From the human T2T-CHM13v2.0 reference genome, Homo sapiens, in the NCBI RefSeq assembly GCF_009914755.1, contig NC_060945.1: DNA of 64,000 nt; one strand, 5' to 3'. Both the position numbers and the translations under genes were made by a program. Below, piece by piece: positions 29,620 through 43,699 of this stretch (positions are counted from its first letter, which is position 1; every line of letters begins with the position of its first letter). Below the pieces are notes generated by a model that was not told the origin of the DNA, did no database searches, and was given only the letters and a program-made list of their open reading frames with translations.

Positions 29620-31365
29620 TGATTCTTGGGGTAAAGACCATAGAATATGGCACCCAGAAATAAATTCACATATTTCCAGCCAACTGATTTTGGACGAACA
29701 TGCCAAGAACGTACGCTGGGGAAAGGACAGCCTCTTCAAATGAATGACACTGGGAAAACTAAATATCCATATGGAGAAGAATGATATTAGCTTCCTATGT
29801 AACACCATATAACAACATAAACTCAGAATCGATTGAAGACTGAAATGTAAGGCCCAAAATTATCAAACTACTCTAAGTAAATATAAGGAAAAGGCTTGAG
29901 GACATTAGTCTGCACAAAGATTTTTATGGGTAAGACATCAGAAGCATAGGCAAACAACAAATCATAGACAAAAGACACTACATTAAGCTAAAGAGCTTCT
30001 GTCCAGCAAACAACTGAGTGAAGAGAAAACCTGTAGAATAGGAGAAAATATTGTCAAGCTATTCACCTAATGAGGGACTAATATACAAAATATACAAAAA
30101 AACTCAAACAACATCACAGTAAAAAAATCTGAGTTTAAAATTGGGCAAAATATCTAACAATACTTTTTTTTAGAAAAAGAAATACAAATAGCCAATAAAT
30201 AAATTTTAAAATGCTCAGTATCACTAATCCTCAGGGAAATACAAATCAAATCTACAATGTGATATAATCTTGCTTCAATTTGAATAAATTGCTGTCATTG
30301 AAAAGACAAAAAAAATAACAAATGCTGGTGAGGCTCCAGAGAACAGTAAACTCTTACATGCTGTTGGTGGGAAGGTAAATTAGTGCAGCCACTATAGAGA
30401 ACAACAGGAGGTTTTCTCAAAAAAACTAATAATGGGACTGCCGAGGGATCCAGCAACCCCACTACCGGGTATTCAGGCAATAGAAAAGAAAACAATAGAT
30501 CAAAAGGATATCTGTCCTCATATGTTTACTGTAGCACTATCCACAACAGCTTGTGTATGGAATCAACATACATGTCCATCACCAAATGAATGGATGAAAA
30601 ACTGTGGCACACAAACACAGTGGAATACTATTCACCATATAAAGGAATTAAATCCTGTTATTCGTGGCCACGTGGATCAGTCTGATGGATGTTAAGTGCA
30701 GACACAGAAAGATAAATACTGCACATTCTTACTCATGTGTGGGAGCTAAAGGAAAATTGAAGGCTGGGCAATATGGCTGATGCCTGTAATTTCCTGGCTC
30801 TTTGTAAGACCAAGGCAAGAGAATCATTTGAGGCCAAAAGTTCCAGAGCTCCCTGGGCAACATAGGGAGATATCTCTACAAAGTCAAAAATCAGACATGT
30901 GCAATGGTGCATGCCCATAATGCCAGCTGCTCAGGAGGCTGAGGTGTGAGGATCTGATGGGCCCAAGAGTTTGAAGCTGCAGTGAACTATGATCAAACCA
31001 CTGTCTCCAGTCTGGGTGACTACAGTTGCCCAGAGCCCAGACTACACTAGCAAGACCCTGTCTCTTAACAAAAAAAAAGCTCACAGAAGTAGGGGAGGGG
31101 AGGCTGGTTAATGGATACAGAATTACAGTTAGATAAGAGGAGTGAGTTCTGGTGTTCTGTGGCATTGTAGGGTGAATATGGTTAACTATGACTTATTGTA
31201 TATTTTTAAAAAGCCAGAAAATTTTGAATGTTCACAATTCAAAGAAATGAAAAATGGTTGAAGTAGTAAATGTGCTAGTTAGCTTGATCATTACACACTA
31301 TATACGTGTATAAAAATATCACTCTATAGCCCATAATTATGTATATATGTGTCAATTAAAACAAA
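29620..31365 (+). mobile_element. L1MA-type 3' ORF2/3'UTR, interrupted by an AluJ (30762-31078)
   Basis: 'ggggaaaggacagcctcttcaaa', 'gatccagcaaccccactaccgggtat', 'tacagttagataagaggagtgagttctggtgttct'. Confidence 0.82.
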
Positions 31366-31399
31366 AGAGAAGCTACATTCATCCGATTTAAAAAACAGA

Positions 31400-31790
31400 A
31401 TATGGGCCAGCCTTACTGACTTCCTTCTAATGAGTAGAATGTAGTGAAAGGGATACCATGTGGCTTCCCTATCTCAGACTGTTTTCCCTTGGAACCCAGC
31501 CCCTATTGTGAGAGCCATCAGGCCACAAAGAGAGCCTGAAAGTGCCTGTGTCAGTGTTCATGCTGCCTGTCCCAACCAAGTTTACAGCCGATGGCCAGCA
31601 TCAACCATCAAACAAGTGGGGGACCAAAGCTTCAGAGGATTCCATTTCCGCAACTGATCAGCTGTTCCTAGGGAAGCTGAAGGGAGCAGAGCAAGCTGTC
31701 CTGGCCAAGTTTTTCCCAAACCACAGGTTCATGAATAAAATAAATGTTTTTCTTTCAAGCCACAAGACTCTGGGTAATTGTTAGGAAAAT
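31400..31790. mobile_element. MLT1-type LTR fragment
   Basis: 'cccaaaccacaggttcatgaataaaataaatg...ttcaagccac' MLT1 3' pattern. Confidence 0.55.
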
Positions 31791-33049
31791 AAGTTTTAAA
31801 AAGAGACAACAGGAAACATAACTTATGCAGCAGAAAAGAGTCTCCTTTAAAGCAGGATCTAATAAAGGTTGATATTTATTTATTGATGTCAAACATTATT
31901 GAGAAGCAGTAGATAACCAGGAGAGAGACATAAGCTGCTGAGGAGGAATTTTCCTAAAACAACTTCAATAATGAACGCTGATAACAAGGCAAGGGTGTCT
32001 TCTTACAATTTCCCCTCAAGTTAGGAAGTAAGACTGGGAAGCAAGAAGATGTATGATTTGAAAAACAACTAGAAATACTGGGTGACATAGGCAAAATCAG
32101 ACATTTACCTGATTTCAATTAACTAAAATTCTAAAAGAAGAAGTTTTGAGTATTTATTAATCAACCTAGTATTCAATTTTCATTTTCTTTTCTAAATGAG
32201 GAAATAAGGAGAATATTATGGAATGATTTTTATTCTTCACAGAAGTAAAATAAGCATAGTGTGTTTTGAGTGTTAAGACACAAATGCAATTTCTCCTTTA
32301 CCTTACGCCAAGCTTGTTTGTATGGAGAAGTTAAGACCATCCCATCTCTATGTTATGCCACAATGCTTCTCTATAGCACACAACTTGGCTCTGAAATTTT
32401 GAAAGTCAAAATACTAATCTACTATGTGTCTCTGATAAATTGCCTGAACCTTACCTGACTTTGAAGTGCTGCACTCCTAAGACTTTTTCTTGGAATGAGT
32501 TAAACGTTTTATTCCAAGAATCCTCTACTGAGCTAGAAAGCAGAGCTGTGCATCTCTGTTTCAGTAAAAGGAGGTCAATATAGGGAACTGTGGTTTCTGA
32601 GAATGCAAGATCTGCACTAATAAAAGGATTAGCCACAGTGCTACCCAAGAGAACCAGCTACCAGGAGAAAAGAGGGTCTGTAAACTGCAAGATGATGACT
32701 TCACTTGATTTCCACTGAGGAAAGCTGGCGGCTCAGACTTAAACTTCTCCTTCCTAGATGGTAAACATCTATGGAAGGTTCTATGAATTATAATGAGTTA
32801 GTAAAACATAATGCACTGAATATTAGACTATGTCAGCAGATCCTGTAACCAAAACTTACTGAAAATATAACTATAGTGGGAGGCAATGGAAAAGAGACTA
32901 AAGGCTTGAATGGAGAAAAAAAGAAATTAAGTGTGTCTTGTAAGCCTGGCGTCTGATCATGTCCTAGAGGAAGTAAGGTATAAGCTGGCCAGAGACTCCT
33001 TTGTGACACAAAAGGTGAAGTTACAGACATTCCACTAAATTTAATTTTT

Positions 33050-34900
33050 ATTATGACATAAGACAACTGGTAATATGCACCATGATTGAAAAAAGCTTCT
33101 CATTCAATTCGATTGGGCCTTGACATAAGAATAGACATAAACAAGCTAAGAATTGACAATCTAAAAATAAGCCTGCACTTTTACAGTCAATTGATTTTAT
33201 ACAAGCTTAACAAAAGAACAAAATGGGAAAAGAATAGTCTTTTCAGCAAATGGTGCTGGGACAACTGGGTATCCATAAGCAAAAAATAAATAAATTTCGA
33301 CCAAATATCTTATTTAATAATTAACTCAAAATAAAATAGTTAACTGTAAAAGCTAAAATTATAAAACCCTCAGAAGAAAACACTGGCATAAATCTTTGTG
33401 ACTGCATTTGCCAGTGTTTTCTTAGCTATGACTCCAAAGGAAAAATGGATTCAATGGACTTCAAAATTGAAAACTGCTGTGCCTCAGAAGACAGCATGAG
33501 GAAATGAAAAGGTAAGACGCCAAGTAGAAGAAAGTATTTGAAAAGTGTGTATCTGATAAGGGACTTACATATATAGGAAATATAAATAACTCTTGCAATT
33601 AATAAATAACAAGATAAGCCAATTTTAAAAAATGGGCAAGGATTTTGAATAGATATATCTGCAAAGAAGATATAAAGATGGAAAAGCACATTAATAGATG
33701 CTTAATGTAATTAGTCATTAGGAAAATGTAAATCAAAACCACATGTGGTATCACTTCACACCACAGGATAAAATCTTTGTTCAAGAAAAAAGAGTGTCAG
33801 GAAAAATGTAAAGAAATTAAAACCCTTATCTAATGCTGCTGGGAATGTAAAGTGATGCAGCCACTTTGGAAAACATACTGGCAGCTCCTTAAAGGGTTAA
33901 GCATGAAGTTACCATATGACACACAAATTCCAGTCATAAGTATATACTCCAGAAAAATAAAAACATACGCAAGCACAAAAACTCATACATAAATGTTTAC
34001 AACAGCATTATTAATAGTAGTCAAAAGGTGGAAAGAACCAGAACGTCTGTCACCTTTGGCTGGGAGAGAACCCAATGGTCCATCACCTGGCGAATGGATA
34101 AATAAAATGTTTGATGTATCCATACAATGGAATATTACTCAGCAATAAGAAGAAATTAAGTACAGATACCGTATTAGGAGGAGACAGCAAAATGCCTAGG
34201 CAGATAAGGAAGGGTCCCCGGAGAATCTCCAACGAGCCCCACAAGTGTTTACACCTGATGTTATGTGCAGATAAGGGAACCTGGACTTGTCTTGCCTGGA
34301 CATGCCCACAGCAGACTGGAGGCCCACATGCAGTGGGGGGATGGGGTGGAGTCACCAGGAATTCACACCTTATGCAGAGGAGGAGCCTGGCCGCTTCAGC
34401 TCATGTGCTCCTGGTATTCAATTGTGAGGTGGAAACCTCTTTGCAGGACCCCTCTCTTTGCTGAGAGCTGTGCTTTCACATAATAAATTCTGCCCTCCTC
34501 AATGTGTCTGCATGCTTAATTTTTCCTGGTCATGAGAGAAGAACACAGATGTAGCTGAACTAAGGAGCAAAAACCCGGCATCAATACCTGCTACAGCACA
34601 GATGCAGCATGAAAAATTATGCTAAGTGAAATAAGCCAGTCCCAGCAGACCACTTGCTTTTTATTTCAGAGGCTTATAGGCAAATCTATACAAAGAAGGT
34701 GGGTGGTTCCCTAGGGCTGAGGGAGGAAGGGAAAACTAGTGAAGATGGCTAAATGATGTGGGGTTTGTTTTTAGGGTGATGAAAATGTTCTAAAATTAAT
34801 TGTAATGATGACGGCATAACTCTCTGAAAATACTAAAGTTAATGAATTCTATACTTTAAATGAGTGAATTGCATGGCGTGTTCATTATTTCTCAATAAAC
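33050..34900 (+). mobile_element. L1M (MB/MC-type) 3' region, split by a solo LTR
   Basis: 'aatagtcttttcagcaaatggtgctgggacaactgg', 'catacaatggaatattactcagcaataa', 'gggtgatgaaaatgttctaaaatt'. Confidence 0.8.
34170..34583 (+). mobile_element. ERV1-class solo LTR with 4-bp TSD (atac)
   Basis: gatac|cgtattagg...aataaa...cccggcatca|atac; removing it rejoins the L1 motif gtacagatac-ctgctacagca. Confidence 0.8.
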
Positions 34901-35288
34901 CTGTTACCCCCCACCCCAAATTAATTTGGTACTAGAGATCTGCAGATAGGTACTGCTTGGTTTCAAATCACTGGCCAGGGTTCAAGGTCTAAGAGAATCA
35001 ACAACATGTCCTTTTTATAGAAAAATAGATTTATATTTTACAAGCTATCCTTTTCATTAGTATCAAGTCTGTAAAATTCAATGAAAAATCTTTCTTTCAC
35101 TGCTTAAAGCACTGACAGATTTATATAGAGGAATAAGACCTTGTTTTCCTTGGCCCTAATTTCTATCTAAAGGGTCTGGGAAACACACCCTTCAAACTAT
35201 CAAATCTCATCAGATGGGTTTTATTAACACTTATAATGTGGCTTCCTTTCTAATCTGATTCTGGTGCAACATCACAGAGAGAAGAAGC

Positions 35289-35480
35289 TGAAGGAAATCA
35301 AAATAATTTACCCCCAAATATATTGTTTGACGTATTTTGAAATGGCTGCTGCAGGGCCAAGAGATTGAAATGGCCCTCATTAAGGTAGCCCAATCTCCCC
35401 TTCTAGGTCTTCCCAGATCTGGGGAAGATTAACTAAGAGCCTGAGGCATTTAAAGTTTGAAAAGATATATTTACTCTCTA
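35289..35480 (+). mobile_element. MER4-group ERV1 LTR fragment
   Basis: Begins tgaaggaaatcaaaataatttacccccaaatata. Confidence 0.5.
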
Positions 35481-35589
35481 TTTTCTCAACATATTTTGGC
35501 AGAATTTGGATTTTTCCATTATCAATATTTTCCAAAATGCATGATTTTTAATACCAAAACTGATTTAAAATTACCATACGTTGGAATAT

Positions 35590-36038
35590 AAATTATTCTA
35601 TTATAAAGATACATGCATTTGCATGTTCACTGCAGCACTATTCACAATAGTAAAGACATGGAATCAACCCAGATGGACATTATCAGTGATAATGGGATAA
35701 AGAAAATGTGGTATATATACACCATGGAATACTATGGAGCCATAAAAATGAATGAGATCATGCTCTTTGCAGGGATATGGATGAACCCGAAGCTGATATC
35801 TTCAGCAAACTAATGCAGGAAGAAAAAACCAAACACTGCATCTTCTCACTTATAAGTGGGAGCTGAACGATAAGAACACATGGACTCGGGGAGGGGAACA
35901 ACAAACACTGGGGCCTGTTGGGGTCAGGAGGGAGAGCATCAAGATCAATAACTAATGCCCACAGGGCTTAATATCTAGGTGATGGATTGATAGGTGCAGC
36001 AAGCCATCATGGAACACGTTTACCTATATAAGAAACTT
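35590..36038 (+). mobile_element. L1PA 3' end fragment
   Basis: 'gcactattcacaatag', 'gaaaatgtggtatatatacaccatggaatacta', 3'UTR motifs. Confidence 0.85.
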
Positions 36039-36482
36039 GTTGGCCAGACTGGTCTTGAACTCCTGACCTCATGATCTTCCTGCCTTGGCCTCCCAAAGTG
36101 CTGGGATTACAGGTGTGGCCACCATGCCTGGTGGCTATTTCTCTTTTTAAATTCTCTCAGGACTCCTAAAATCTCAAAACTTTGACCTAGATTCCCTAAT
36201 CTACATTTCCAGCTCTGACCATTTTCTTGAGGTCTCTTCCTTCTAGTACCCATATTATAGAAAATATTCTCAACCACATGCTCATACATTGCTAATTGGT
36301 GCAGATTACTTTTGTAGATAGTGAATGTTGTCTATTTTATGTTGGTTCTCATTAATGTTACTTTGAGTATACTGTTATTTTCTAATCTCAAAGGGGGACT
36401 ATCTCACTGTTATGATACTAACCAGTATACTTTGTCCTTTTTTTCTTGCTTTCTTCTTTTTTGGACCAGTATACTTTGTCCC

Positions 36483-36823
<341 letters not shown>

Positions 36824-37211
36824 TGAGAATCATATTATCAATTGTTTGCCTTTGTTTTCTTTTAAAGAAATTCCTTTTCCATAGAGATATGGCATGATGA
36901 AAGTCTTGTTCTAAAGTTTCTTTTGGGGGACATTTAACTATGTCATTGGGAAGCTTCAGTAAGTAGAGATCTCCCTTCTTCTCACTCAAGATTCTTCATC
37001 TCAAAATGGTGTCCACCAAATGTCTTAATCCAGTTAGTCTTTTGTGTAGAAATTCATGAAATAAGAACCTTCTTGAGAAGTTGGAGGCTAGTGATTGAGA
37101 TGGTTTAACGCTGCCCCTTATTATATGTTTTACTCCCAAGGTAGACATCAAAGTGGCTAATAATTCTATGACTGATGTCTAACTCACTTCTAAGGGAATC
37201 TATACAAAACG

Positions 37212-37485
37212 TTTTATTTATGAGACAGAGTCTCCCTCTGTTACCCAGCCTGGAGCGCAGCGGCTTGATCACTGTTCACTACAGCCTCAATATTCCAAGC
37301 TCAAACGACCCTCCTACCACAGCCTCCCAATGTAGCTGGGACTACAGGCGTGCACCACCATGCCTCAGATAAGTGTTTAATTTTTTTTTTTTTTTTTTTT
37401 TTTTTTAGAGACAGGGTCTCACTATATTGCTCTGGCTGGTCTCAAACTCATGGGCTCAAACGATCCTCCTGCTTCAGCCTTCCAA
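37212..37485 (-). mobile_element. AluJ-like with long internal poly-T
   Basis: Antisense Alu. Confidence 0.85.
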
Positions 37486-38589
37486 AACCAGGTGTTTAAC
37501 TGGGGACTAACATGAAACACTTAGAAGACTACGTGGAACATAGTGAGCTACATAAAATATTTGCTATTAGCATAATAATTTTATTGTATATCTTAACAAA
37601 ATTGTGTATTTTAGGCAGGTGGCATGCCAATGGAAGTACTCTCCTATAGCTGCACTGAATCATTCTTACCACTGAGAGTTGCAGCAAATGGGGGACATAA
37701 TTTATAACTTACTTTTCTCTCTGTATGACTCATTAGGCAATGACTATGTATGTACTACAATGTAAACAGCACCTCCTGGATTGAATAGTACATAACTGAC
37801 ATGACCAGCAGAGACAGGCTAAAGACACTGAGCTGAAAACCCTGGACTCTATTGCTAAATCAAGGCTCCTGAATCCGTTTCCTCTGAGCAACTGTTGCTG
37901 TGATGCTGCCTTCACAAGCACTCTGCTGAGCACTCAGATTGAGGGGCTGTGCTATCCGTCATCGGACAAGCTGCACCCAGAACTGTTCAGCTGACAAACT
38001 GGTAGCAGTCCAGAAACACAGTTCTGCTGCATAGTGAAAAAAGGCCAATTTAGATTATTTTTCATAGAGAGAAAAACATAAACATGTGATTGAACGAGTC
38101 TCCTGTATTAGACTAATTGGGTTGGCTTTGATATTTAATTGCTAAAAACACACTTAGAATACAAACCTTACTGTGTCAAGGTCTCAAAGAAGAAATAATT
38201 GGTATGGTATAAAGTATTGAATTGTATGCTACAAACTTCTAAGCTAAAATATTTTCAATGTATGCAAGGATAGGTGGCATACATATTATATATTATTCCC
38301 CCATTAAGCAAATTTATAATGAGAGAAAACTATCTTCCATAAAAAAATAAAAGCCATGTAAAATTAAGAACTAAGTTTTTCTGCACAGACTAGACAACGA
38401 TTGCTAACACATGAGGTCAATGAGAGAACAATCAGAGAAAGCTTCATGAAAACAATAAATTGTCTGCCACGTCTGAGTGAATGAGGCTAGATGAATAGAA
38501 ACTGAGAAGGCAGAAAGGATAGCATGAGCAAGACAAGTGCTGAAATCTGCCCAATTAACTCTGAGGATAAAGTCCAATGGCAGAGAAAT

Positions 38590-39090
38590 AAAAACGCTTG
38601 TCCACATAATAACCTGTAAGTGAATGTTCGCAGCAGCATTTTTCATAAGAGCTAAACAGTGGAAACTAACCTAAAGGTCCATCAACCGATGAATGAATGG
38701 AAAACCAGTATAGACATGGAATAGAATATCACTTAACTATAAGAAGAAATAAACTACCAATGTGTGCTAAAACATTATGCTAAGTGAATTCTGAAAACAT
38801 TATGCTAAGTGAAAAAGCCAGTCACAAAGGACTACGTATTGTATAATTCTATGTATATGAAATAAGCAGAACAGGTAAACATATGGAGACAAAAGTAGAT
38901 AGATGGTGGTTGCCTACAACAGAGGTAGGTGGAGGGACATGGAGGAAGGCTGCAGTCATGCCTAGGAGATGTGGGGTTGCTTTTCAGGTGATGAAAATGC
39001 TGTGAATATACTAATAGATACTCAGTTGTACATTTTAAATGGTTGAACTCTCTCAAATGTGAATGATATCTCAGTGAAACTGTCTTTAAA
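38590..39090 (+). mobile_element. Old L1M 3' end
   Basis: 'aaacattatgctaagtgaaaaagccagtcacaaagg', 'ggtgatgaaaatg'. Confidence 0.75.
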
Positions 39091-39728
39091 ATCCAAAGGC
39101 AGGATCAAGATAATTTTCTCAACTCTCAATTTTTGATGTACATGTTATCTCAAATTTAAATATTTCCACAGTTTTATAGTATATTTTAAATAAAAGATAA
39201 AGAAAATGCCTAACTTTTCAAATAGTTTGTAAATTAACCTAAAACATGCACTTTTAAAAGAATAGTATAATGGCCTTTCTGTACAAGTTAACCTAGAATC
39301 TGTGAAATAAATAGACACAGATTCTGTGTCCACTCACAAAAGTGAAGAAATAAGACAATTTTCTGGAACATTCCATGAAACATTCTTCTCTGATTTAATC
39401 TGGCCTGCCTCATCAGAGCAATACAAAAATTACTTAAAAATACTGTTTTAACAGGACAACAGTCAGTTTTCTATGAGGAATGATGTATAATTCTCAACTT
39501 TTCCAAGGGTACATATTGTAAGAGAAAAGGTATGCAATGGTTTTTCAAAATGGTAGAATGAAAGTCACTATATAAAAAAATAAGTACATTATAGAGATAG
39601 TAAAATGGAAATAATTCATTGTAATGAAAATAAAAAATCAAGCTTCTGCCATAATTAGTGTCCTAAAACATGTTATGTAATTCAACTAGCTACAGAATAA
39701 CCGTTGACATGCTAAGTTCCATACATAC

Positions 39729-39877
39729 TTGACTTTCCACTTGAAATAATTTCTTCTTTGGGACCTGTGTCTCATCCAAATTAATGTGATAATGTGATAT
39801 ACTTCCAGTGGAGACTCTAACATAGTTAATTTTTTTAGGCTGTCAGCTGCTTCTTGCAGAAGTTGTCTCACAACCAC
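39729..39877 (-). pseudogene. ANKRD18/26-like exon (VVVRQLLQEAADSLKKLTMLESPLE...), 149 bp, frameshifted
   Basis: tctcag|gtggtt...agtcaa|gtatgt; ORF 39686-39877. Confidence 0.82.
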
Positions 39878-41032
39878 CTGAGAAAATAGTTTTGTTACTG
39901 ATTTTATAAATTGCCTTATTATTAAATTATGTTAATAATATTTAACTCTAACATACGTACTTTGAAAATTATCACCACACATATCGATTCACCTTCTTTT
40001 AATCACATGTACACATTTTTATTTATTACTGAATTCAGTGAGGGATGCACAATATGTTCTCTTCCTGCCAAATTGGTATTCTCTTACTTACATAACAGAT
40101 TCATCCCACCATTCAATCATCTTAGAAGCTCAACTCAACCTCAAAGTTCCTCACATATTCAATCACCTGTTCAAATCCTTCCAACAGATTCCTATCTCAG
40201 AATAAAAGTAAAATTCCAATGGCCTTTGAGGTCCTAGGTAAACAGGTCTCTACCTCCCTCTCTGACTTCAAAGCTCCTACAACTCCCTCCTGTAATTACT
40301 CCATTCCCACTGTATGTGAAGCCTGCCACCCCTCAGTCTGAAAATAGGGATCTAATGCCTTACTCATAAATCACAGGCAGCTACAAGTATCTTTGTACTG
40401 AACAAAATTATATTCCAATGATAGCCATTGAGCCTTGAAATAAAAATTAGGAGCTAATTATTAATATAAATATTCAAAGTAAACTATAAATACCAGTGGG
40501 AAGACTAAACCAAATATACTTTTGCTAAATATTACCACATGTATCCTAAATTATGATTTTATAACAAGTAGGTGCCTTTAAAACATTACATAGTCATAAA
40601 AATTTGTAATTTGACATATTTTCAGATTTGTTAAATTAATATGATTAATAACAAAGATATACCAACTAAAATACATAAAAAGCTACTTAAAGCAAGGTAT
40701 TACAAGACACAGCAATACACTTCAGTTCATCTGGGAAATCTAGAATTAAGTGTCAAAGAAAATCAATTAAATTTTAATTTGAAAATACTCATTTCAGGTG
40801 TAAACATTTCCATTTATACTTACATTATGGACTTAACATGTGGCAACATAAAGTCATTAAAATTATTATTTCACCAGTACAGAACTATCTACCTTAAAAT
40901 ATGACTCTGTGCCTAATAAAATTTCATAGGTGACACAATGTCTTTTCTCAAAGTAAATCATCTCTCACCTCTACCTTTTATTTCCTAGAAATGGGGCACG
41001 TTTCTAAGCTGGTATAGTAAACACGGTTTTCC

Positions 41033-41312
41033 TTTTTTTTTTATTAAAACAGCTTTGTTGAAATATAATTTACATACTATAGAATGTATCTGTTTTAACT
41101 TAAAGTTAAAAGATTTTTTAGTCCATTTACTGAGTTGTGCAGCCATCTCTACAATCCAACTTTACAGCATTTCCATCACTGCAAGATCCCTCACGCCCAT
41201 TAGCAGTCACTACCAGCTTTCAGCCCCAACCCTTTGCAAACATTAGTCTACTTTTTGTCCCTATACGTTTATCTTTTCTGGATGCTTCATGTAAATGGAA
41301 TTATACAGTATG
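41033..41312 (-). mobile_element. Old L1M 3' terminus in the same orientation as the ANKRD20A pseudogene
   Basis: 'cagctttgttgaaatataatttacatac', 'gtaaatggaattatacagtatg'; AATAAA plus A run on the minus strand at 41033-41045. Confidence 0.75.
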
Positions 41313-41381
41313 GTAAACACACTTTTTATCCATTGATTTTTATATTCAACTAAGTTCAACATGTATCCAGAACCAAATGTT

Positions 41382-42352
41382 TTAAATTTTCTTTCTAAAA
41401 GTTTGAAAATATTTATCTTCCTTGATACTTACTACTCTTTCTGCTTTCTCTCTCTCATATTGAAAGAGACTTTCTTTTAAATGATCACATTCATTCATTA
41501 GCTTCTTATTTTTCTCTTCTAGCATGTGGTCTTTCTTTCCACTCTCAATAAAGCCTCTTTGGATATTAGTTACTCTCTCTTTATGATCCTCTTTCTGATG
41601 AACATCATCTAGTTGCTGTTCAATGCACGGATTTTCATGTTGGAGTTGACATATCCTCTCTTCTACACAGCTCCACTTTCCAGTGGAATTATTCACTTTA
41701 GCTTCTGCATTTTCATACATCTCTTTCATTTCCTTTGTTTGCTGCTGTGTTTGGCTTAGGTCGTTTGGAGAGTTTCTAAAGCCAATGACTTTTTTCTGAG
41801 AGTATCTCTTTTCTTACGGAACTTATCTTTTAAGGTATTGAATTTAATTTGCTTTTTAGAAAGTTGCTCAGTAAGAAACTCATTCTTATCTTCTACTTCG
41901 GAAATATCAGAACTCATTTTTACTTGTACGGAAACATCTTGTGTTCACTCTAATGCAAGTTTTAGGTTTCTTTCTGTTTTCACACTTTCACTGTACTTAC
42001 TTATAGCAGCAGTCAGTCTAGACTGATGATTCAATTTCAGCTTCCAGTCTTTTGTTGCTTTCTTCTTCCTTCAACAGTTCGGAATTGAGCCTTGTATTCT
42101 CAGCTTTGAGATCATTAAGCTCTTGTTGATACCGGAATGCTGTTTTTGTTATCAATTCCTCACTGAGTTTTATATACTTTTCAAGGGCAGCATTTGTTTT
42201 TTTAACAATTTTAGCGTCCTTAAGATATTTATTTTCTTTTTCCAGGTTGTCATTTTTCATGTGCATATTTCCTGTCGGAGTATAGCAATATCTGTCTTCA
42301 AAATGCAATTTTCATCCATCAGATCTTTCATTTCTTCCTGATTATGAAAATC
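41382..42352 (-). pseudogene. ANKRD20A-like large coiled-coil exon (DFHNQEEMKDLMDENCILK...), frameshifted; internal donor at 41433|41432, read-through stop at 41382
   Basis: tttag|gattttcat; early TGA from a -1 shift (tgc aca tga). ORF segments 42018-42308 and 41382-41729 match ANKRD20A. Donor gagta|gtaagt. Confidence 0.88.
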
Positions 42353-43519
42353 CTAAATAAAACAAAAGAAAGTTTTAGCTAGTACTCAATAAAATATCAT
42401 GATTACCTCTGAAGTTAAAGAATAACCTGCACATCCATATACTAAAAAGATTACTGTAAGTGGATATCCAACTGGAGAAAAAGTTGAAGCAAAACTTTGT
42501 ACTTTATAGAGCATAAGTTCCAAAAAGTTCAGAAATTTATTTAAAGTCAATGAATTTATAAAAGTAAACACACACACACACACGCACACCAGAGAATTTT
42601 TAAGAATTTCAGAATTGGAAAAGCCTTTCCCTGAATTACAACAAACTCAAAAGCATAAATTAAAGCATTAACAAATTTGACTAAATTAAAATATATCAAA
42701 AATTGCATTTACACTTTGATATCTAACCCATACACCACCCTATAGTAAGAACCTTATTTCACACATATTTGGACAGATAAAATTTCCCAGAGTTATTACA
42801 GTTCTGTTTCACTGATAACATTCTATTTTAATTTGACTCTTTTAACACTTTTATAGTCAGTTGAAAGAATTACATTTACTAAATCATAAATCTAGACATT
42901 ATACTAGTCACTCCTATATACATTCATTGATGAACTCATCTAGTTACCACAAATTTGAAAAAGAAATGTTAAAAATATAAGCAAGCTACAGGATTTTCCC
43001 CAGGACTTCTTACTCTACTTCTAGTTCTCTGACAGATCACAGTTACTTCTGTGGTGTAAATGTATCAATACGAAAGAAAACTTTTATTTCAAAACACCAA
43101 TGGTAAATAAGATAAAATTTATAGAGCTCTTCTTAGAATATCATGAGATTATTTGTGATTGCAATAATTTGTTTCCTCTTTATAGTATTAGGTACAGTAA
43201 TCAATATGAAATGGCGGGAAGTACAAGGAACAATTTTACTGGGAACAAAATCTTTATCAATAGGTTATCACTAAGTATATATTATGGCATATTATTGTTT
43301 TCAAAAGCTCTTTGTAATAAAATAATATCCTATGTGGATGCCAAGATTTATAATAAAAATAATTGTACCTGTAAGTGTCATCATTCATTTTTTAAAAATG
43401 AGATAACATTTCTGGTTTGTTTTAGACCAAAATATTATATATTAAATCAAGAGGATATTATAAGTAACATTGATAAAATAAAGTTTAAAATATAGAATTT
43501 TTACCAAAGATTGATTTAT

Positions 43520-43699
43520 CTGATTTGGAGTATTTCTTGTAGTCTTCGGTTTCATCTCTAGTGATTCAATAGTTGGTTCAAGTTGTTTTGCTTCAACTTC
43601 TTTCTTATATTGTTTCTCTTTCCTTTCTAATTCTTCTCTATTTTTTTGTACAGCATATTAACATTTGTTTTTTCTTCACTTTCTTGTCTTAAGATGCAT
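43520..43699 (-). pseudogene. ANKRD20A-like exon (RCILRQESEEKTNVNMLYKK...) with -1 frameshift and GT>AT donor mutation
   Basis: ctgcag|atgcatc...; A7 run where K-K-N needs A8; 3' end ccaaatcag|ATaaat. Confidence 0.82.

Noticed and set aside
41382-42352. Functional ANKRD20A coding gene
   Set aside because: At least four frameshifts or stops and a lost donor between 45.2 and 41.7 kb, some outside homopolymers.
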